A DNA stretch of 64,000 nucleotides from a virus (Duplodnaviria; Caudoviricetes). The DNA lies in IMG/VR virus record IMGVR_UViG_2528311002_000006, positions 1 through 64,000 of that record; one strand, given 5' to 3'. The position numbers and the translations under genes are program-made. The first letter of the stretch is position 1; each line of letters begins with the position of its first letter. The notes beneath the pieces were generated by a model. The model was not told the DNA's origin and did no database searches. It saw only the letters and a program-made list of their open reading frames with translations. Positions 29,601 to 37,501 of the stretch are shown one piece after another.

Positions 29601-32600
29601 AGAGGGGCTGCGAGCAGCGCCAGCAGCTGGCGCCTTGCCCAATTGCGCGGTCAGGCCCTCATCCTTGGCGAACTGGATGGCGTAATCCTTGACCCCATCG
29701 CCAAAGTTCTGGATCAGCAGCTTGAACAGATCCTTGAGCGACTTGCCAGCTGCTTGGAAGGATGCGAGCGCAGCCTTGAAATGCGGCTTGGCCGCCTTGT
29801 AGGTTTCCTCATCGAAGCCGGCCGGGAAGGAGTTCAGACGCCCGCCCTTGCCGCCGCCGAACAGCTTGGCCAGGCCCGACAGCGCTTCATTGGCACCGGT
29901 CACGCCCAACTTAGCAGCCTCGGCGATCAACTTGGCCGCGGTCTTGTCTGCCTGTCCGGGCACAGCTTGAGCAGCAACAGCAACAGTTTCGTCGAAAGCG
30001 GCTGCTTCGTGGGTGGCCGGCACATTCGGCTGTTCCTGGGTTTGCTCGCGCAACTCGGCTGCCGCCTGATCAAAGATTGCACTCAGATCGTCATCGGACA
30101 GGGGGCCACGGGATTCCGAAGGCGCAGGAGCATCCACTACCGCGGGCTTGCTCAGTGCCTCGAGCTCGGCCAGAGCCTGCTCGGCCATGGCATCTACCTT
30201 GGCTTTGTCCTCAGCCTGCTTCTCGAGCTCGAGACGGGCCTTTTCCTCCGCAGCCATGGCGCGCTCTTCCTGCACCTGCTCGAAGTAGGCCTGCATACCC
30301 TCCTTGGATAGGAGCTCCCTGCGGCGTACTTCTCCGGCGCCAATGTCGGCGGACAGGTTCTTTTCAAAGTCCGCTACGGTCACAGTGGGCTTGCCATCGG
30401 TGAACTTCACGGACTTGGCCAGAGCCGTCAGGTACTGCCCAAACACGACCCGCTCTGCACCGGTGGGATAAGGCGTGCCGCGATAGCCGCTGGCCTGTGT
30501 CACCTTGCCATCGCCCACCCAGTCACGGTTGACCAGATAAGAGTTGGTGCCGCCCAGGCTGTCCGCAGACCAGGCCTCAACGGCGCGTGCCAGCAGTTCG
30601 GCGTCGTTGCCCCAATAGTCCTTGCCCAGTTTGTCCGCATTTTCTTTGTAGGCCGTCAGTCCACGGCGGGCGCCGGAATTGGCGTAGTAGCGCAGGCCTT
30701 GGATGGCCGCATCCACCTTGTCTTGGTTCTTGTTGCCCTGCCAGTAGGAGCCGCCCACCAGGAAATTGCGGGCCACGCGCTCCCAGTCGGAAGCCTCATA
30801 GGCCTTGAATTTGAAGGCGTTAAGGATCATGGCCTTGACTCGATCCCATTCGCCGCCCAGGTTGTGGTCGAGTGCATGAGCCCACTCGTGATACACCGTG
30901 CCGTCGCCCTTGGTGTTGGTCAGGTTCATGACCTGCACGCGGCCATTGGGCCCGGGGTGGTTGGGACTGAAATGCGCAGCGAACTTGCCATGACCCAGCG
31001 CGCCCACAGTGAAGTGCAACACGCCGCCCAGACCGATGTTCTTTGGTGCAATGCCGAAGTGTTCAGCTAGATCCATGAAGGCGTCGAAGGCGTAGTTCAG
31101 GTGATCTTGGTCGTTCTTGGCTCCGACCCAGTTGCCAAAGCCCACATCCGCGAAGCCGAACAGTGCCTTGAACTGCGCGGGCGTCACATCCTTGCCGCCG
31201 CGATGATCCTTGGGCATGGCGCGATCGACACGATCCAGCTTTGGCGGTGTCAGCGGCGTGGCGCGCGTGGGCAACTCATGCGTTGCCTCGTTCGCAATCA
31301 GGCCCGAGGCCCAGGGGCCGGCCGCACGGAACTTGGTGAAATCGTAGGAGTCGCCATTCCACACTCCACGGTCAAACACTCCACCGCCGTGAACGCCGTA
31401 CAGCACACCGTCCAGGCGATCCGCGTTGATACGCTCATAGCGGCTGTAGTAGCTGTCCCGGCTGCGGGCTTTCTCTTGGTGCTGCTCTGCGACCATGGTG
31501 TCCACAAAGCGCTCAGCAACCTCCTTCAACGAACTGGCGCCATCAAGGAAGGCCGTGAGCTGCTGCACCTTCTCTATATAGAGCTCGGCAGCATCGCGCA
31601 GCTGAGCCATGCGGAACACCGGGTCGGTCTGCCACTGCTGGCGCTGCTCGATCGACATGGCGCCGGGGTAGCGCTTGCCCTCCAGAACGAACTCCAGATT
31701 TTCTGCATCCCTGCCCTTGCGGCCCACGGACACAGAGCCATACCAGCTGGATCGGCCGTCGAACAGGAACTGCTTGAAAGTCTTGGTGACGCCGCGCAAC
31801 TGGGTCACGTATGCCACCCAGCCAGGGGTAGAGCCTTCGGGTAGATAAGGCGAAAACAGCTCGGCGCGGTTAGTGGCCGCTTCGATTTGCTTCCATGCCT
31901 TTTGCATGTCGGACTCGCCGGCCTTCATCTGGGCCTTCATGGCCTCCCAGTGGCGACGCAGATCCACACCCGTGTTTTCCAGCTTCTTGCGGCGCTTGCC
32001 TTCAAACCAGGCTGCGCCCTCCTCCGTACCGATCCATTCGCCCGCTGCCTCATAGCCCTTCACCATGTCCACCAGGCCGGCCCCGGAGAGAGTGCTCTTG
32101 GTTTTGCCGGCCAAAGCATGGTCAAAGCCCAGCAGGAAATCGCCCTTGCTCTGGGGCGATACGTCCTCGCCAAAGGCATTGCCCAAGGCCTCGGACTGGG
32201 CATCAGCCTTGACCTGGGGATCGCGCGCCGCTTCCTTGGCCAGCTGTGCCGCATTGGCCTGCAGCTGCTTATGGATGGCGCGAGCCAGACGGGAAATCTG
32301 AACCGGGTTGAGCGCAGTGCTGGCGTCGCGGGAGCCGAGTTGCAGCTTGAGCGCTGCGGTCACCTGATCCAGGCTCTTCCCGACCAGGCCCCCGTTGGCC
32401 CCTGTCAACTGGCGGAAAAGGTCGCGCTCCACTTCGCGGGAAGCCTTGCGGGCTTCTTGTTCAGCGGCCTTCTTAACCGCAGCTTCACGCTCGCTGCGCT
32501 CGGCCTCTGTCCTTGTATTTGATACCTTGTCGATGGCAGACCGGGAATCCAGCTTGAAACCCGCACCACTGGGACTATGAAGGACTTTCAGAGTTGTTGG

Positions 32601-35600
32601 ACTCTTGTAGTCAGATTCATAGCCAGCGCGTGTCATCACACGAACTTGCACCTGATCTTTGTCCAAGGCATCGTGAAACTCTGCGATCTGGGCATCGGAT
32701 GGCTCCGAATACGAGAGTGTCGCAGCTCCGCGATCAAGCAACTTCAAGCGCCCGTTGGCATCCAACATGTACCAATCGCCGCCAACCACCTCCATGACTG
32801 GATAGCGAACACCGCGCTCTGTGACAACGCCCTTTCCTGCCGCTTTGATAGCCTTCCACAAGGCATCAGAGCTTTCAGCAAGACGCGGCTTGGCATTCGC
32901 ACTAGAGCCGTGATCCTCCGTTTTCTGGGTTCCGCCCTGAGTGTGTTCCGGTGCCTTGCCAGCGGCAGCAGCCCTGTTCTTGTGCGCCCGCTCTTTGGCC
33001 AAACGCAGTGCCTCGGCCACGCCGGCGCGATCGCGCGACAGACCGTTGACTGCAAATTTCCCGCCTTCCTTGAGCGAAATCGTGTCCCCCATGGGAACGA
33101 TCTCGAAGCCGTCGGGCAGTTCCTTGCGGTGCTGCGCCAGCGCCTTGAGGAAATCCGCGTTCGACTGCGTAGCCGATTCGGGTGCCTCAACGCCGCGATC
33201 AGCAGTGACGCTCTGTCCAGTCTCAGCACCGTCAGCAACGGTCGAGCTCGGAAAGTCGTGCGCCAGCTTGACGAGCTCATCGATGGGAGCACTCAAGCGG
33301 ATCGTCCGCACATCCTCACCGTTCTCCAATGCAGCGACCCACTGGTGATGGCCATCCAACACATGACCGTCACTGGAAGCCAGAATGGCGCGATTGCCAC
33401 CGGCATAGGCCTTGGCCTTCTCTACCTTTTCGCGGCTGAACTCGCGCTGAGTGGGCTTGAGGCTGGAAGCAGGCACTGTCGCCTCTTCATGCGCCACGCC
33501 GCGCGCGTTCATGAAATTGACCATGGCGCCGCGGTGCTCGGCCTTGATCTGGGGCATTTCCGCGCGAGGCACGGCCTTGGTACCCGACTCAGGGGCGAAC
33601 TCGGCCCAGCCATCGCCCAGATCGCGCCCAGCAATCCCGGTACCGGGATTCTGGTTGGCGACCGACTGGCCCGCGCCAGCCGTTGCCGCCTCTGCCTCAG
33701 CTGCAGCCACCGCCGCCTGCTTGGCTTTGATAAGAAACGCTTTTTCCTGCTGCACGACCTCATAGCCGTCCTGCAGATCGTTGTCCGCCAGGAAAGCTTC
33801 TGCCTTGGGCTTGGAGAAGAAGTAAGCCCCCTTCTCGCTGTTGATGCGCTCGATGGCTTTCTGCTGGCGCTGGCTCGCAAGGTTCGACGCAGGAGTGGCG
33901 GCGGCCGGTGCCGGCGCCGCTGCAGGAGCTTGAGCAGTTGGGGCTGTGAAGCCGGCCATGCTTTCATGCTCGCGGTCTTTGAGGCCGAAGACCTTTTGAC
34001 GATCGGTCAGCACGCCGCCGTCGCGCAGTGCCTGGGCCACCTGGCCACGAGTTGCGCCGGCAGGAACAGTGATGGGCTCGCCGCTGTCGTAATCCAGAGC
34101 CTCATAGTTGCCCAAATACACAACGCCGTCGCGCACAGACACGGCATCACCCGTCTTGGGGGTGCTGCCGATGGTCATCGCGTCGGAGCCCTGCTGACCT
34201 GCCCGCTTCGCTTCCGAATCTATAGCATTATTCGATTCACCAGATTCATTCTGGGCGCTATATGTTGGCGAATCGTTTCTTTGTCCGCCGTAATCCGCTC
34301 CTGCTTTTGCAGCAACTTGAGCTGCTGGCGCTTGGCCTTGCGCTGCATTCTGCGCTGGTTCTTGCGGGCGATTGTTGATAGCTGGGGCGGAGCCATGGCC
34401 TACGCCTTCCCCCAAATGCCCAGGTGCAGTGCCAATGCCTGAAACGCTCTGGTCTTGTCCGCCAGCTTCGCCTTGTCGGCCAACTTCGCTTCCTTGCGCT
34501 GGTCTTGCTTGCGCCTGTTGCGCTGTGATTTGCTGGGCTTGATCGGCTTCACGGCCATCGAGATCTCCGTTGATGTTGAATGGCGATGCCGCTGGAGCGG
34601 CGTTCTCCCTGCTGGACGAAAGTGCCAACAGTGGGTTCTGGAGCGACAGGGGTTGAGCCGCATCAATGGAAGCAGCCGCTGGTTCGGACTGCGCTGCATC
34701 GACCGCCATTGCGGCGGCTTTCGAGTTGGGCCCGGCGCTGGGATCGATGCCCAGACGCTCTGATGGCTTGCGCCGAACCAGGGACTCCAATGCCGCGTTG
34801 TCGGCAAACTCATCGACCAGAGGGTTTTGAGCGGCGAGATCACCCGGCAGTGGCGCGGGCGTGGATTTCCCGGTGAATGCCGCATGCGCATCGAGCAGAC
34901 GACGAGCGCGTGCAGCCTCGTCCTGCGCGAGCGGTTGCTCACCAATGCGAGTCAGGGCCTCGTTCAGATAGTTGATTGACTGGGCCGTGCCCATGGCGCC
35001 GCTGTCCATGGCGTTCTGCAGACCGGAAAGAATTCGGCTGGTGCGCACCTGGGCGTCAACGGCGGCTGTGGAAACCGCTTCACCAGGCACTGCTGCCGCC
35101 AGCTCTTGTCCCATTTGCTGGCCAGCAATACCTGCAGCCTCAACGGCCGATGCGGGCTGCTGCTTCACGTTGGCCTCAAGCCAAGCGTCTTCCATGGTGG
35201 TGCGCACAGCATCGACAGTCTGCTGATCGCTGAACTGCGTGCCGCCGCGAATGGCTGCTTGAACAGCGCCCAGATGATCTTGCAGCGGCTGGTACGGCAG
35301 CCCGAAGGAGTGATTGCGATAGTCCTCTTGCCAGGGCACGAGATCGGGAATCTCAAACTCGTAGGGCTCGGGAGAGGAATAGCCCAGCAAACGGGCGCGC
35401 TCCTTCATCATCCGGCGCTCGCCGGCAGGGGTACCATCATTGAGACTGCTCAGGTACGACTCCATTTCGGAGAGGCGTCCTGTGGAACCGTCAGGATGGG
35501 TGAACAGGGTATCGGGGGGCTGATTGGTCAGCAGCAGAGGCGCCGGGGTGCCTGCCTCGGGCGCACCATCCGCCGAGCCCGTCCCGTTCGCGCGCTTGTC

Positions 35601-36680
35601 GCGCAGCGGGCTGGTCGCAGCCTGGTAGGCCTTCTGGCCGCCGTACATGAGGGCCGATTGCCCCACGGACGAGATCGCTTCCAAAGCCGCGTTCTTGGTG
35701 TCCCAGTCTCCGGTGGCAACGCCCTGGCCCACGAACTCGCCAGCAAACTCGCCTGCAGGATCAAGGGCGGCAACGCCCACGTTACGTGCGACATTACCTG
35801 CTCCTGAGGTTGCTGCCTGGAAAGTCGCGTCCTTGGCGATCAGATCCTTGAAAGCGTCGGACTTCTGAGCAGCCTTGACAGCCGCGCCATCCGTCAAGTC
35901 AACGCCCATCTTCGTAAGGGCACGGTCTGCTGCAGCTCGTGCAGGCGCGTTCAGGATCTTGCCACCAGCGCCAGCAGTGGCCGCGTCAACGGCACCGATG
36001 ATGGCGCCCTTGATGGCAGCATCACCCAGCGCTGCATCGCCTTGCTCGCGGGTGAACTTCTCCACGGCCGCGGTGTCTTGAGGATTGATGCCGGCCTTGT
36101 TCAGGCGATCCATGAGCATGCCACCGCCCTCGACCAGCGTATTGCCAGCAGAGGCGCCCGCCCACGCGCCAGCAGCCAGACCAACGGGCCCCGCAGCCGC
36201 GCCGCCCGCCACACCACCGCCCACCATACCGACCATCGGTGCCAGCATATTGGGCACCTGGGCAACCAGGCCATCGCCCATGGCTTTGGCATTGCCGGCC
36301 ACCGAGCGCACGCCACCTACCCAGTTGGGAGCTTCCTTCCAATCCTTGGCGATTTCACCGGCAACACCCTTGATGCCACCTGTAATGCCGTCGCCTTGCT
36401 CCCATGCCTTGGAGAGCTCCTGACCCTGCTGGCTCCCTGGGTTGACGCGGTTGTAGTCGTCAAACTCCTTGACGCGGCGTGCAACAGCTGCAGCATCACC
36501 CGTAGCCAGATCCTTGGTGATGCCAACCGAGTTGGTCATCGACTTCCAACCGCGAACCAAAGCGTTATCTTGCTCGGGCGCACCCAAGAAGTTATCAATG
36601 TTGGAAGTGGCTTTATTAGGTGCTGCGGGCGTGGCACCGGTCGATGGCTTGCCGCTCAGGAAGTCGTCAATTTGGCTCAT
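20679..36680 (-). CDS. 5333-aa polyvalent DarB-like protein (Gly zipper, ParB-like, LPD1-like HExxH, N6-adenine MTase, Strawberry-notch SF2 helicase, GNAT-like, zincin, PLxRFG)
   Basis: VLDGHHQW ~33350; FGNWV and HEWAHALD ~30880; LEPSAGIG ~29210 and MNPPF ~29015; GDGTGVGKGR ~27985; DEAH ~27410; QGFGRTHRTNQ ~26195; HEMTH ~23710; YFPLARFGQY ~22735. Confidence 0.92.
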   Translation of the reverse strand: MSQIDDFLSGKPSTGATPAAPNKATSNIDNFLGAPEQDNALVRGWKSMTNSVGITKDLATGDAAAVARRVKEFDDYNRVNPGSQQGQELSKAWEQGDGITGGIKGVAGEIAKDWKEAPNWVGGVRSVAGNAKAMGDGLVAQVPNMLAPMVGMVGGGVAGGAAAGPVGLAAGAWAGASAGNTLVEGGGMLMDRLNKAGINPQDTAAVEKFTREQGDAALGDAAIKGAIIGAVDAATAGAGGKILNAPARAAADRALTKMGVDLTDGAAVKAAQKSDAFKDLIAKDATFQAATSGAGNVARNVGVAALDPAGEFAGEFVGQGVATGDWDTKNAALEAISSVGQSALMYGGQKAYQAATSPLRDKRANGTGSADGAPEAGTPAPLLLTNQPPDTLFTHPDGSTGRLSEMESYLSSLNDGTPAGERRMMKERARLLGYSSPEPYEFEIPDLVPWQEDYRNHSFGLPYQPLQDHLGAVQAAIRGGTQFSDQQTVDAVRTTMEDAWLEANVKQQPASAVEAAGIAGQQMGQELAAAVPGEAVSTAAVDAQVRTSRILSGLQNAMDSGAMGTAQSINYLNEALTRIGEQPLAQDEAARARRLLDAHAAFTGKSTPAPLPGDLAAQNPLVDEFADNAALESLVRRKPSERLGIDPSAGPNSKAAAMAVDAAQSEPAAASIDAAQPLSLQNPLLALSSSRENAAPAASPFNINGDLDGREADQAQQITAQQAQARPAQGSEVGRQGEAGGQDQSVSGIGTAPGHLGEGVGHGSAPAINNRPQEPAQNAAQGQAPAAQVAAKAGADYGGQRNDSPTYSAQNESGESNNAIDSEAKRAGQQGSDAMTIGSTPKTGDAVSVRDGVVYLGNYEALDYDSGEPITVPAGATRGQVAQALRDGGVLTDRQKVFGLKDREHESMAGFTAPTAQAPAAAPAPAAATPASNLASQRQQKAIERINSEKGAYFFSKPKAEAFLADNDLQDGYEVVQQEKAFLIKAKQAAVAAAEAEAATAGAGQSVANQNPGTGIAGRDLGDGWAEFAPESGTKAVPRAEMPQIKAEHRGAMVNFMNARGVAHEEATVPASSLKPTQREFSREKVEKAKAYAGGNRAILASSDGHVLDGHHQWVAALENGEDVRTIRLSAPIDELVKLAHDFPSSTVADGAETGQSVTADRGVEAPESATQSNADFLKALAQHRKELPDGFEIVPMGDTISLKEGGKFAVNGLSRDRAGVAEALRLAKERAHKNRAAAAGKAPEHTQGGTQKTEDHGSSANAKPRLAESSDALWKAIKAAGKGVVTERGVRYPVMEVVGGDWYMLDANGRLKLLDRGAATLSYSEPSDAQIAEFHDALDKDQVQVRVMTRAGYESDYKSPTTLKVLHSPSGAGFKLDSRSAIDKVSNTRTEAERSEREAAVKKAAEQEARKASREVERDLFRQLTGANGGLVGKSLDQVTAALKLQLGSRDASTALNPVQISRLARAIHKQLQANAAQLAKEAARDPQVKADAQSEALGNAFGEDVSPQSKGDFLLGFDHALAGKTKSTLSGAGLVDMVKGYEAAGEWIGTEEGAAWFEGKRRKKLENTGVDLRRHWEAMKAQMKAGESDMQKAWKQIEAATNRAELFSPYLPEGSTPGWVAYVTQLRGVTKTFKQFLFDGRSSWYGSVSVGRKGRDAENLEFVLEGKRYPGAMSIEQRQQWQTDPVFRMAQLRDAAELYIEKVQQLTAFLDGASSLKEVAERFVDTMVAEQHQEKARSRDSYYSRYERINADRLDGVLYGVHGGGVFDRGVWNGDSYDFTKFRAAGPWASGLIANEATHELPTRATPLTPPKLDRVDRAMPKDHRGGKDVTPAQFKALFGFADVGFGNWVGAKNDQDHLNYAFDAFMDLAEHFGIAPKNIGLGGVLHFTVGALGHGKFAAHFSPNHPGPNGRVQVMNLTNTKGDGTVYHEWAHALDHNLGGEWDRVKAMILNAFKFKAYEASDWERVARNFLVGGSYWQGNKNQDKVDAAIQGLRYYANSGARRGLTAYKENADKLGKDYWGNDAELLARAVEAWSADSLGGTNSYLVNRDWVGDGKVTQASGYRGTPYPTGAERVVFGQYLTALAKSVKFTDGKPTVTVADFEKNLSADIGAGEVRRRELLSKEGMQAYFEQVQEERAMAAEEKARLELEKQAEDKAKVDAMAEQALAELEALSKPAVVDAPAPSESRGPLSDDDLSAIFDQAAAELREQTQEQPNVPATHEAAAFDETVAVAAQAVPGQADKTAAKLIAEAAKLGVTGANEALSGLAKLFGGGKGGRLNSFPAGFDEETYKAAKPHFKAALASFQAAGKSLKDLFKLLIQNFGDGVKDYAIQFAKDEGLTAQLGKAPAAGAARSPSGVLADWVKSQLERGAADGSFDWRALFEQADSAFGGTQAEGKYTPKDAYDAMEAGVNQFILSRPGEFNPNATQDAAHIIVERLHRITQMLPTQTKRTAEQDEFQQFSTVPALAYAANWAANMDSSDTMLEPSAGIGGLAAFAKNAGAKLILNELSSRRAAVLREVFPAAKVFTENAEQIDNILPVTEIPSVVVMNPPFSATAGRIQGKRDTHVGAQHVEQGLKRLADGGRLVAIVGEGMNLDRPAFADWWKGIRAKYDVRAVIPMDGSGYAKYGTTFDNAILVIDKVKPSHRPIVTTPAKTYSDLIGSLAEIRNDRPESVFPSNDRDGLELDAAEYALAESSQAGRGSAQPEQSGRDQRSDVGRAKSGRGQGLGAGSGGRSGAGGSGGTRDNGSESGTGRTAGNDDAGGGRDAAAAGGSGSDAAQSAVSIQATEQTGDPAAGLSDSIFESYQPQRLQVPGAKPHPGPLVQSSAMAAVLPPVPTYTPNLPKETIEKGLLSIAQIEAVVYAGQAHQELLEPVTVDGKDVAYRRGFFIGDGTGVGKGREISGIILDNMRQGREKAVWISEKPGLMPDAQRDFSGIGGDPKQIFSVSKTKAEEQINADQGIAFLSYATLRSGAKSQENVAAPITKAQFAKQFPKGLDVVTTNGRGTFPLDHIDPKDDGGKVWVKVGGELKFIRYTSVESIGGQSDWLSGRTAQPAKGSKKEGQSRLDQLVNWLGKDFDGVIAFDEAHNAGNAVAQKGTRGQSQPSAQALAVVELQKRLPNARVVYVSATGATQVSNLSFATRLGLWGPATPFASVQNFIAEMTAGGLAAMELVARDLKQMGAYMARSLSFEGVTYSRVEHQLSPLQQDIYNRLAEAWQVTLQNIDAALKTTGAVGENGKGSSSAKSAAMSAYWGAQQRFFSQVITSMQMPSVLEQMERDVADGKALVLQLVNTNEAQQNRSIAKRREEDESADLEELDLTPRDVLMQMVEKSFPVTQFEEQEDDSGKKIRVPAKDSQGNPVINREAVAMREALLKDLKDIRVPDGPLEIVLNHFGVDKVAEVTGRTQRVVRKLDKDGELRAQLESRGPASARADANAFMADQKPILVFSDAGGTGYSFHADNTQKNKRKRSHYLIQPGWRADKAVQGFGRTHRTNQASAPHYFLASTNVPSQKRFLSAIARRLDQLGALTKGQRDTANQGMFSEKDNLESIYATQAVQQFFKDGQHQQLDGISFAEFLRQTGLESIIDEETNRIAEDRMPDTRTFLNRMLSLKLDMQEKVFDAFMLRMEEKVEMAVERGEFDAGLQTIRALESRVVADDLAYTDPRSGAETRLVELELTQPTTIYPFPDSLQKAEYVVNVKSGKVYAKTLVGKSTTKEGAVVDRFRFYGTGSVQSKTAPEIAKAFRGSTKAEAMKLWAAENEARPKTYTERKHMIVGAMLPIWDRLKTDGSIQVARTMTVDGSRLLGRVIDKKSLPDVRKRLNVSSAASKMSPAQVMAQILKGDKAELANGWSLERARVSDDLRIELKNPSGGYISPAVRADLVGIGLVSERISWAERLFVPTGAAGVPVLERLTKNRPVVDLQNEQDTSETHFGHKAASPLDTFPAEFMAELAAVDDLFVNPRVNAGSAAAALRQVDASIQFVGDVTAEDERSESGADTKLLFRTGNGRDFYVFEKGNELWLDVSRLGEGDGGSTIYAALMDYAAGNDMVFIGDPAGLSDIAMRRRLEAMISSAIKHGSTGHMEPHARQVQGDEKLGIPALKWRPGDTIGNIQRMIDVSLASIAAHVPEFRRARYDFATGTFRTGAGKPLPDGMLRLWSEHPRMRAAGVGRRSIKRGILLNTLAHGESSQRPGLLEQALRQPGQLVGEQAKGIFYKGADRTQQLVGSRTDRAVMDMVRDGKSAADILGLIASSSKNPFNRKLARILVKTGAAPRISMGGEMGADGGFTFLAKYSRKLDELSMSEGAARQAEQIFLHEMTHAATLKSLDRKGVASLQMRKLYEHVKKQGGAAGAYGMKNVGEFVAEAFTNPEFQRVLRGMAAPAGSTLKNAWAAFVRVLKSTLGLPAKSDDALSRVLELGVQVMREDKALRQSALKESAAESDVAHFGVSDAAEAAKNIGQGLKAITATDVKKAGSHKLTDWLKLGLQFLGRRQLVDIYGDTIPMAEYDRLVAQMEADKNDVGAEADNLATRWAKLKDELPLSELMHDATLAEIDADSAKEYVEGDNKAQSTALKRRFDALSPEAKAVYREARDHYREHHKQVRNAIRERIMRAELSSQKRQELLEKMDADFFGYVKGVYFPLARFGQYVVATKDQDGKVISVSRAETMTEAERMRDEMRKAFPSDKGFNVGRVTLSKDFVANHDMVGRGFMSEVFAALDKHEIPADKRAELEDTLGQLYLSSLPDLSWAKHGIHRKGTPGFSQDARRAFAQNSFHGARYLAKLRYSDLMADELDNMQKHVDTMGAFKDDFDQPKAQRVVDEMQKRHDQLMNPKTNSLSSALTSFGFIFHLGLSPAAAMVNLSQTALVAYPVMGAKWGFKKSAAALLRASNESVKGKNDIRTQLKDKDELAAYDEAVRSGVIDVTMAHDLAGIAQGEDAGVMWKLRPVMRAASFLFHHAERFNRQATFIASYRLAREAGSDHYKAYEDAVKATYDGHFDYGSANRPRLMQGNVARVVLLFKQFAQNMIYTLGRNAYLAAKGDKQALKTFAGVTTMHAAAAGVLGLPLVGPLLALASALGGDDDDPWDAEIALRNMLADAFGQQASEVIAKGFSRLTPWDISGRVGLDNLIFPDIREGLEGKMWAQEMATGLLGPVVGIGINGARGAQLLAEGDFMRGLESMMPVVPRNAIKSARFLQEGAKDSTGITIKDDVSALGIAGQLVGFSPSEVRLAFEGRGAVMNADRRLNVRRAELLGQFSHAVMKKDSEAQAEAREEIKAFNEKNPGRRITSPQMWQSVRARQRRIDQAQDGVYLPRNRRDAMDAGGFAF
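24044..24286 (-). CDS. candidate nested +1-frame gene
   Basis: ends REAFSSIPWHTERAAKDPDYWNKLYDSRVNW; host-frame third positions locally A/T-rich. Confidence 0.45.
   Translation of the reverse strand: MFQNFAVPATTLQQVPSAQVQASPYLMECFASGLSIQECERQALGAVRLREAFSSIPWHTERAAKDPDYWNKLYDSRVNW
28319..28663 (-). CDS. candidate nested +1-frame gene (114 aa, acidic helical)
   Basis: L/E/A/Q-rich reading beneath a G/R/S/D-rich linker of the giant protein. Confidence 0.55.
   Translation of the reverse strand: MTDQNLFSRQTIVTDLNSTPQSMHLLSLLKQAGVPHSPNNLAVTSVLMWAAQNLAGDRGWAQEVEGAAALADLEEPETMAQNLAQVELLETTTLEEAAMLLLQEVADLMPPNQL
34220..34396 (-). CDS. candidate nested +1-frame basic peptide (58 aa)
   Basis: MAPPQLSTIARKNQRRMQRKAKRQQLKLLQKQERI...; starts 3 nt after the stop of the ORF at 34400..34558. 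Confidence 0.4.
   Translation of the reverse strand: MAPPQLSTIARKNQRRMQRKAKRQQLKLLQKQERITADKETIRQHIAPRMNLVNRIML
34400..34558 (-). CDS. candidate nested +1-frame basic peptide (52 aa)
   Basis: GGAG-N6-ATG; MAVKPIKPSKSQRNRRKQDQRKEAKLADKAKLADK... Confidence 0.45.
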   Translation of the reverse strand: MAVKPIKPSKSQRNRRKQDQRKEAKLADKAKLADKTRAFQALALHLGIWGKA

Positions 36681-36686
36681 ACCCGC

Positions 36687-36728
36687 ATGCTGGCGGGACG
36701 GGCCAAATTATCTAAACCCTATACAGGG
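36687..36728 (-). promoter_or_regulatory. late promoter copy 4 (giant gene, leaderless)
   Basis: minus strand CCCTGTATAGGG-TTTAGA-N18-CAGCAT-N6-ATG. Confidence 0.8.
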
Positions 36729-36771
36729 TGGCCTTGCCTAAACACTTGGAGCCAGGGCGGATGACAACTAC

Positions 36772-37272
36772 TCAAAGGGGGTCGGTAGGCTTTGACTTGT
36801 GCGTATTGAAGTCACGGTCAGCCAAGGAAAGAAGACGAGTGTTTTCATATTGGAGTGTTTTCATAATCTCGTCACTCTCTTTTCGCGCCTTGCTGACCTC
36901 ATAACGTAGCTCATCAATCTCGGTATTCATTTCAGCGATGAGTTGGGGGCTACGCTCACGGTCCACAGCCTTCTGCAATTCGTAGAGTCTGGAGAGCAAA
37001 GCATCAAGCCGCATCCGCGATGCTTCATATTGCATGCGCAAACCAGACACGATCCCTCCTTGCTCAATCCGAGCCGCCATTCTCTTTAGGTCTTCCACGG
37101 CATGGCTAGATCCATTCCGCGTTCCGGCTACCGCGCCATCCTCTGCGAATGATCCCTCCAGCCGTGCCACGACCTCTGCATTCATGGATCTATTGCTGGC
37201 ATCTGCAGACTCTCGCAACTTGTCGGCTAGCTCCACTGGCAATCTGAATTGGCTTCTAAAAATATCTTGCAT
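36772..37272 (-). CDS. Arc/Mnt-family RHH repressor with coiled-coil C-terminus
   Basis: RSQFRLPVELADKLRESA..SNRSMNAEVVARLE. Confidence 0.88.
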   Translation of the reverse strand: MQDIFRSQFRLPVELADKLRESADASNRSMNAEVVARLEGSFAEDGAVAGTRNGSSHAVEDLKRMAARIEQGGIVSGLRMQYEASRMRLDALLSRLYELQKAVDRERSPQLIAEMNTEIDELRYEVSKARKESDEIMKTLQYENTRLLSLADRDFNTHKSKPTDPL

Positions 37273-37281
37273 GGCACTATG

Positions 37282-37325
37282 TTGACACTACGACATGCAG
37301 TTTGTATAGTGACGTTGTGTCACTA
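37282..37325 (+). promoter_or_regulatory. sigma70 promoter with overlapping palindromic operator
   Basis: TTGACA(37282)-N17-TATAGT(37305); TAGTGAC-N5-GTCACTA at 37307-37325. Confidence 0.85.
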
Positions 37326-37336
37326 AAGGAGGTTCC

Positions 37337-37501
37337 ATGGACACGAAGATTGGAAGCATCAAACCATTTGGCCTTCGTCTGCCGCCTGAGCTTAAGAAGT
37401 GGGTAGAAGAGCAGGCTAAGAAGGACCGCCGCAGCGTCAACAGTTGGATAACGCTTCTTATTGAGCAGAGGCAAGAGTCTCAACATGAAAAACAGCGCTG
37501 A
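37337..37501 (+). CDS. Arc-family repressor (54 aa, absent from the ORF track)
   Basis: AAGGAGG RBS; MDTKIGSIKPFGLRLPPELKKWVEEQAKKDRRSVNSWITLLIE. Confidence 0.88.
   Translation: MDTKIGSIKPFGLRLPPELKKWVEEQAKKDRRSVNSWITLLIEQRQESQHEKQR

Noticed and set aside
22298-33967. Other +1-frame ORFs in the giant gene (e.g. 29156..29524, 32744..33292)
   Set aside because: R/S/P/W/C-rich composition expected from GC-rich wobble positions, unlike the four nested candidates kept.
20661-36764. Many long plus-strand ORFs opposite the giant gene (e.g. 28731..30311, 32577..34442)
   Set aside because: Antisense shadows of a GC3-rich gene with no recognisable motifs.
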